Source: Candidatus Bathyarchaeota archaeon (GTDB taxonomy: Archaea; Thermoproteota; Bathyarchaeia; Bathyarchaeales; Bathycorpusculaceae). From it: a stretch of DNA of 64,000 nt. Below the pieces are notes generated by a model. It did no database searches. It was given only the letters and a program-made list of their open reading frames with translations, and was not told where the DNA came from. The first letter of the stretch is position 1. Each line of letters begins with the position of its first letter. A program made the translations under genes and the position numbers. Location: contig CAWABA010000006.1 in assembly GCA_963780185.1 (NCBI GenBank), positions 832,001-896,000 on the forward strand, in the 5' to 3' direction. Below are positions 60,230-64,000 of the stretch, one piece after another.

Positions 60230-61485
60230 TTACTCTGGAAACTTTAGTATGTTTTGGGAAAGGGTTCACTGACTTGGGTTAGCGTTTTTTCGATGCCTTC
60301 TAAAAAACATGATAGAAATGACAACTATCGCTAATATCACGATAGCAATTATTAACAGTTGAAACCAAGAACCTATCGTCAATATTGGATTTGGCGTTTA
60401 GACTACTGTGGGAATATCAACAGGTTGAGCTATTGGATGATGGTCAACATTATTCTGGTTAATAACGTAGCTTCCACCACCATTGTAATCACTCCAGTAG
60501 TTGCCAACTTTGCCGTTATCCCATGAAACTACTACTGTGCCGTTTGCTATTCCCGTGGAATTGTATGGATAGCTATTTTCAATCTTGACATTTTGCTTCG
60601 TGTTGTTAACAAAATTGTTGTTGTAAACTATGTTATTCGAACCTTGTGTTGGTCCAATATTTGACGTCACACTGACTATGAGGAAGTTCCTAAGATTAAT
60701 TCCATAGCTGTTGTCCTGCACGTTGTTCTCGCGAACGATTGTGTTGTTGCAGTTTCAAAGTCTAATCCAACCTTGTATCTGTCTTCAGTCTCATCATATC
60801 CACGGCTCCGGTTATGTTATTGCGGTAGATGTAACACCTGAGACACCTGCAAGGGAAATACCGTATGAATTGTCAAGATATTGTTGCCCGCTATCATTCA
60901 AATTCTTCGTTTGGAGTGCATCGATGCCTCTATAGTTCATTGATATTACGTTATTTGAAATGGCGCTATTAATAGTTTCTCTCAAGGTAGATGCCGTCTC
61001 CATTATTTGTGATGGTATTTCCGGCAATGAAAACCGGCGGAGTTCAATCCAATTCAAGTCCAAAAGAATTGTTCGCTATGTAATTTCGGTTAATCGAATT
61101 CCAGCAACTTGATTTGGGCTTCGAGTTACAATCGCCTCATGGCAATTTCAGATAGTGAACCCTGAACGAGGACGTTTGAGAAAAAATAACAATACTCTCT
61201 CCACCTTGGTTAATGTTTATTCCCAACTAAAACAGTGCTTTGTTCGTCCGTCCAACTAGTTCAAGGGTTTATTTATTTCCAAACCAAGTGCAAGATAATT
61301 TCCTCTCTTTACAAATACGGTTCTCCTTGCGCTAGCATTTCCGATGGCGGCGTAAATAGTTGGATATTGATCAGAACAATTCAGGGTTTTGGTTTTCGCC
61401 TTAACTATTCCGGGATAAAAACTAACTGTGGAGATTAAAAGTACCAAAACAAGCAGTAAACCCAAAGTCTTGTATTACTACCCAT
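60230..61485 (-). pseudogene. Fragmented NosD-like beta-helix surface protein
   Basis: Pieces: signal + YPTIYAAIGNA (61256-61465), Asn repeats (60812-61063), WDNGKVGNYWSDYNG (60398-60721), TM tail near 60300-60360; ends approximate. Confidence 0.7.
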
Positions 61486-62029
61486 ATTTAGCTATATGAA
61501 CTAAAAAGCGATGAAAAGGCTATTCGTAAAAGATTCTTGACTGGATTTAGTCAAAGTTTCTTGACTAAAATGAATTTGGAGCTAACTCTCATTAGGTAGA
61601 ATCCAATTGCTGTTGAAAGTCCGCCTATGAAACACCCAAAGGCAAATGCGAAAATTGAATACTCAACAGCTCGTTGACAGGGCAGAACTATAGTCTGGAA
61701 ACCTTGAAGGATGCTGGGCTAAAGGTTTACACTGTTTTCATAGTTTGAAAGATTTACAAAACTACCGATAGCTGTTCCTAAAAGGATATAGATTCCAATG
61801 GCAATGACAATCCAACTGCACACCAGAAAAGCTTTGACTTCCCTTTCAGCATAGCAGTCACATCAAGGATGTATCGTTTGTTCAGAATTTAATAACTTCC
61901 ATGATTTTACGCTTCAAAGTTAGTTCTTAAGGGTCTTTATATCCAAAGTTGACCACTCAGGGGTCCAAACTTGGGAAGAACTTAATGGTGACCTACAAAA
62001 GGCAGAATCAAACCCTAAATTAAGAATGG

Positions 62030-62068
62030 TGGCGGGTCCGATGAGATTTGAACCCACGACTTTCAGCT
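62030..62068 (-). other. Isolated 3' fragment of a tRNA (Arg-like), possible att-site scar
   Basis: AGCTGAAAGTCGTGGGTTCAAATCTCATCGGACCCGCCA gives T arm, acceptor 3' strand and GCCA, with no 5' half adjacent. Confidence 0.7.
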
Positions 62069-62349
62069 TGAAAAAAGTCAAGATAAGTATGCCTATTATG
62101 CGGGAAACACGAGGCGAACGCCAACGTATGCAAAGATCGTTTTTCAACTTGTTTGCTGGCAAAAGGGCAATAGGACTTTTCAGCTATGAATAATTAAGTT
62201 GCCAATTTTTTCAAAACGGGAAATTCCATGTTAACACCCAACCGCCTGATAATAGCCAAACGCAGTTTAAGGCGGCAGAATTACCTTATTAATGTATATT
62301 CCCACCTGTGGAATATCGTTTTTATAGTGTTTAGCACGGCATTTGACGG

Positions 62350-62694
62350 ATGTTATCAATTCCTAAAACAAACCAGTACACTGTGCACGTTGGTTCGAGG
62401 TACGCTGTAAACGACAAGCTTAAGGTCAAAGTCACAGCTGTCAATAAATTCTTATTAAACATGATAAAGCCTTGCTTGGAGAGGCAAAAACGCTTTGAGG
62501 CTAAAATAGTCACAACCGCAAAAGAAGATGCGCACAGAATTCGAAATGTTACCAATGATGTTGCAGCACTTGGTTTTGAAATACTAGAAAAAAAGGGATT
62601 ACAATTCTTAAAAGAGTTTAGGAAAAGTTCTACAAGCATTTCCTTTTTTCGCTCAGTCACGAAAGTGACGACTTGCAGCATCATTGCCAAATAG
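62350..62694 (+). CDS. Hypothetical protein, doubtful
   Basis: ORF directly upstream of the TrmB gene, no motifs recognised. Confidence 0.3.
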   Translation: MLSIPKTNQYTVHVGSRYAVNDKLKVKVTAVNKFLLNMIKPCLERQKRFEAKIVTTAKEDAHRIRNVTNDVAALGFEILEKKGLQFLKEFRKSSTSISFFRSVTKVTTCSIIAK

Positions 62695-62709
62695 CGGAGA
62701 GTCCATGAG

Positions 62710-64000
62710 TTGAGTCAAGAACCTTTTGTTAAAACACTTATTGACCTCGGACTTACGAGCATGGAGGCCAAAGTCTATCTTTTCTTGGCAAAAAAAGGGA
62801 CTGAAAAAGGAAAAAACGTTGTCAACGCACTGAAAATGAACAGGCAACAGGTCTATCGGAACTTGAAAAGCCTGCAAAACAAAGGAATCGTAAGCTCCAC
62901 GTTTGAACATCCCGCTCGTTTTCAAGCTGTTTCTTTTGAGAAAATACTCGACATGTTCATCCAATCCAAAATAGAGGAAGCACGGCAGATGCAGCAAAAT
63001 AAGACTGAAATTCTTTCCAATTGGCAATCAATCGAATTGAGAGAAACTGTTGATACATCTGCAAGGTTCATGATCATCCAAGGCAGCAACTACATTCAAT
63101 CCAAAATCTTACAGATAATAAATGAGACCAAAAGTCAATTGTCTGTATATCAACAGTTCAAGGACTGGGCTATGTTCACCAGTTAGGCTTTTTTGACGCC
63201 GCCTGTAAACATCCTTTAAAATCTCAAGTTCAATTCAGATTTCTCACTGAATTGTCTCAAGAAAACGTTGAATCGATGAAGGGTTTCCTTAAGATGAAGA
63301 CAAATGCCAAACTTAATTTTCAAGCCCGCGACGTAGGTTCTAGTCTGAAGGCTTATTCCCAGATTAGTTATAAAAGATGAAGAAGAACTTGTCTTTTTCA
63401 TATCATCCGCAGTGAACGCATCAACAGCAGAACAAGAAGATACAGGAATATGGACCAACAGCAAGGCTCTTGTTCATGCTTTCAAAGCTCTTTTCGAAGA
63501 ATTATGGCGAAATTCATCAGACATTCAGAAAAAGCTATTTGAGATCAAGACAGGCCAACCAACCCCAGAAACCTACGTCATTAGGGGTGCAGAAGGGGCC
63601 TACAAGAAGTACGTTGAGACCATAGATTCAGCAAAAAAAGAGATTGTTAGCATTACCTCTTCAAACGGCATCATCAAATTCTGGAAAAATGCACCGCCCA
63701 TGAAGAAGCCGACTAAAAAAAACCTCATTATCAAAATAATGACGACAATAACAAATGAAAACTTGGAATTAGCGCAGCAACTGCCGAAGTACGTCGAGGT
63801 TCGGGACATCCCAACAGATTATTTGGGGATTACAGTAGTTGATGGAAAGCACCTCTTCATATTCAAGACGCCTTCGTCTACTCGAGAAAAGCTGGACGCT
63901 TTATCTTATTTTGAAGACACTTTTTACACTAATGATTTAGAATTTGTGGAAAGCGCAAAGGATACGCTTATGAGCATTTGGAAAAGTGCGTCTCCGCTTT
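62710..64000 (+). CDS. TrmB-family regulator with repeated sensing domains, frameshifted, runs off window
   Basis: LGLTSMEAKVYLFL...RQQVYRNLKSLQNKGIV...HPARF; later frames give RLVIKDEEEL...GIWTNSKALV..F.ELW and ITVVDGKHLF. Confidence 0.8.

Noticed and set aside
47071-62068. tRNA-like gene and tRNA fragment as an attL/attR pair
   Set aside because: Opposite strands, different acceptor and T-stem sequences, and core genes (tbp, pyk, pyrE) lie between
1-64000. CRISPR array, rRNA genes, intact integrase or transposase
   Set aside because: No regularly spaced repeats, rRNA-like sequence or full-length mobility gene recognised

Overview
Archaeal chromosomal segment. Gene content (TBP, A/V-type ATPase, a Cren7-like protein, PolB2 with its small partner gene, an eL22-like protein, many membrane-anchored beta-helix/beta-propeller surface proteins) points to the TACK lineage, most likely Bathyarchaeia; this assignment is inference. 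It holds the end of an A/V-ATPase operon, transporters (two Amt, a NikMNQO-type ECF system with tandem NikR-type operators, ABC-2, EamA), tRNA-processing and modification genes, Lhr, prs, pyk, pyrE, a heliorhodopsin, and two AT-richer accessory patches (~45.9-48.2 kb and ~60-64 kb) with tRNA-like and transposase remnants. Many genes are broken by single-base indels, most plausibly consensus errors. Best leads: (1) an HTH/Cys-His regulator followed by two membrane proteins that share a cytoplasmic WCPQP peptide but carry different extracellular domains, behind a 22-bp palindrome, a candidate transmembrane signalling module; (2) a ~115-nt structured non-coding element present twice, 21 kb apart, in inverted orientation; (3) apparent ATC/ACG start codons behind strong Shine-Dalgarno motifs; (4) a CdrS-like gene followed by a mini-protein rather than ftsZ; (5) a tRNA-like gene with a Ser anticodon on a short-variable-loop body.
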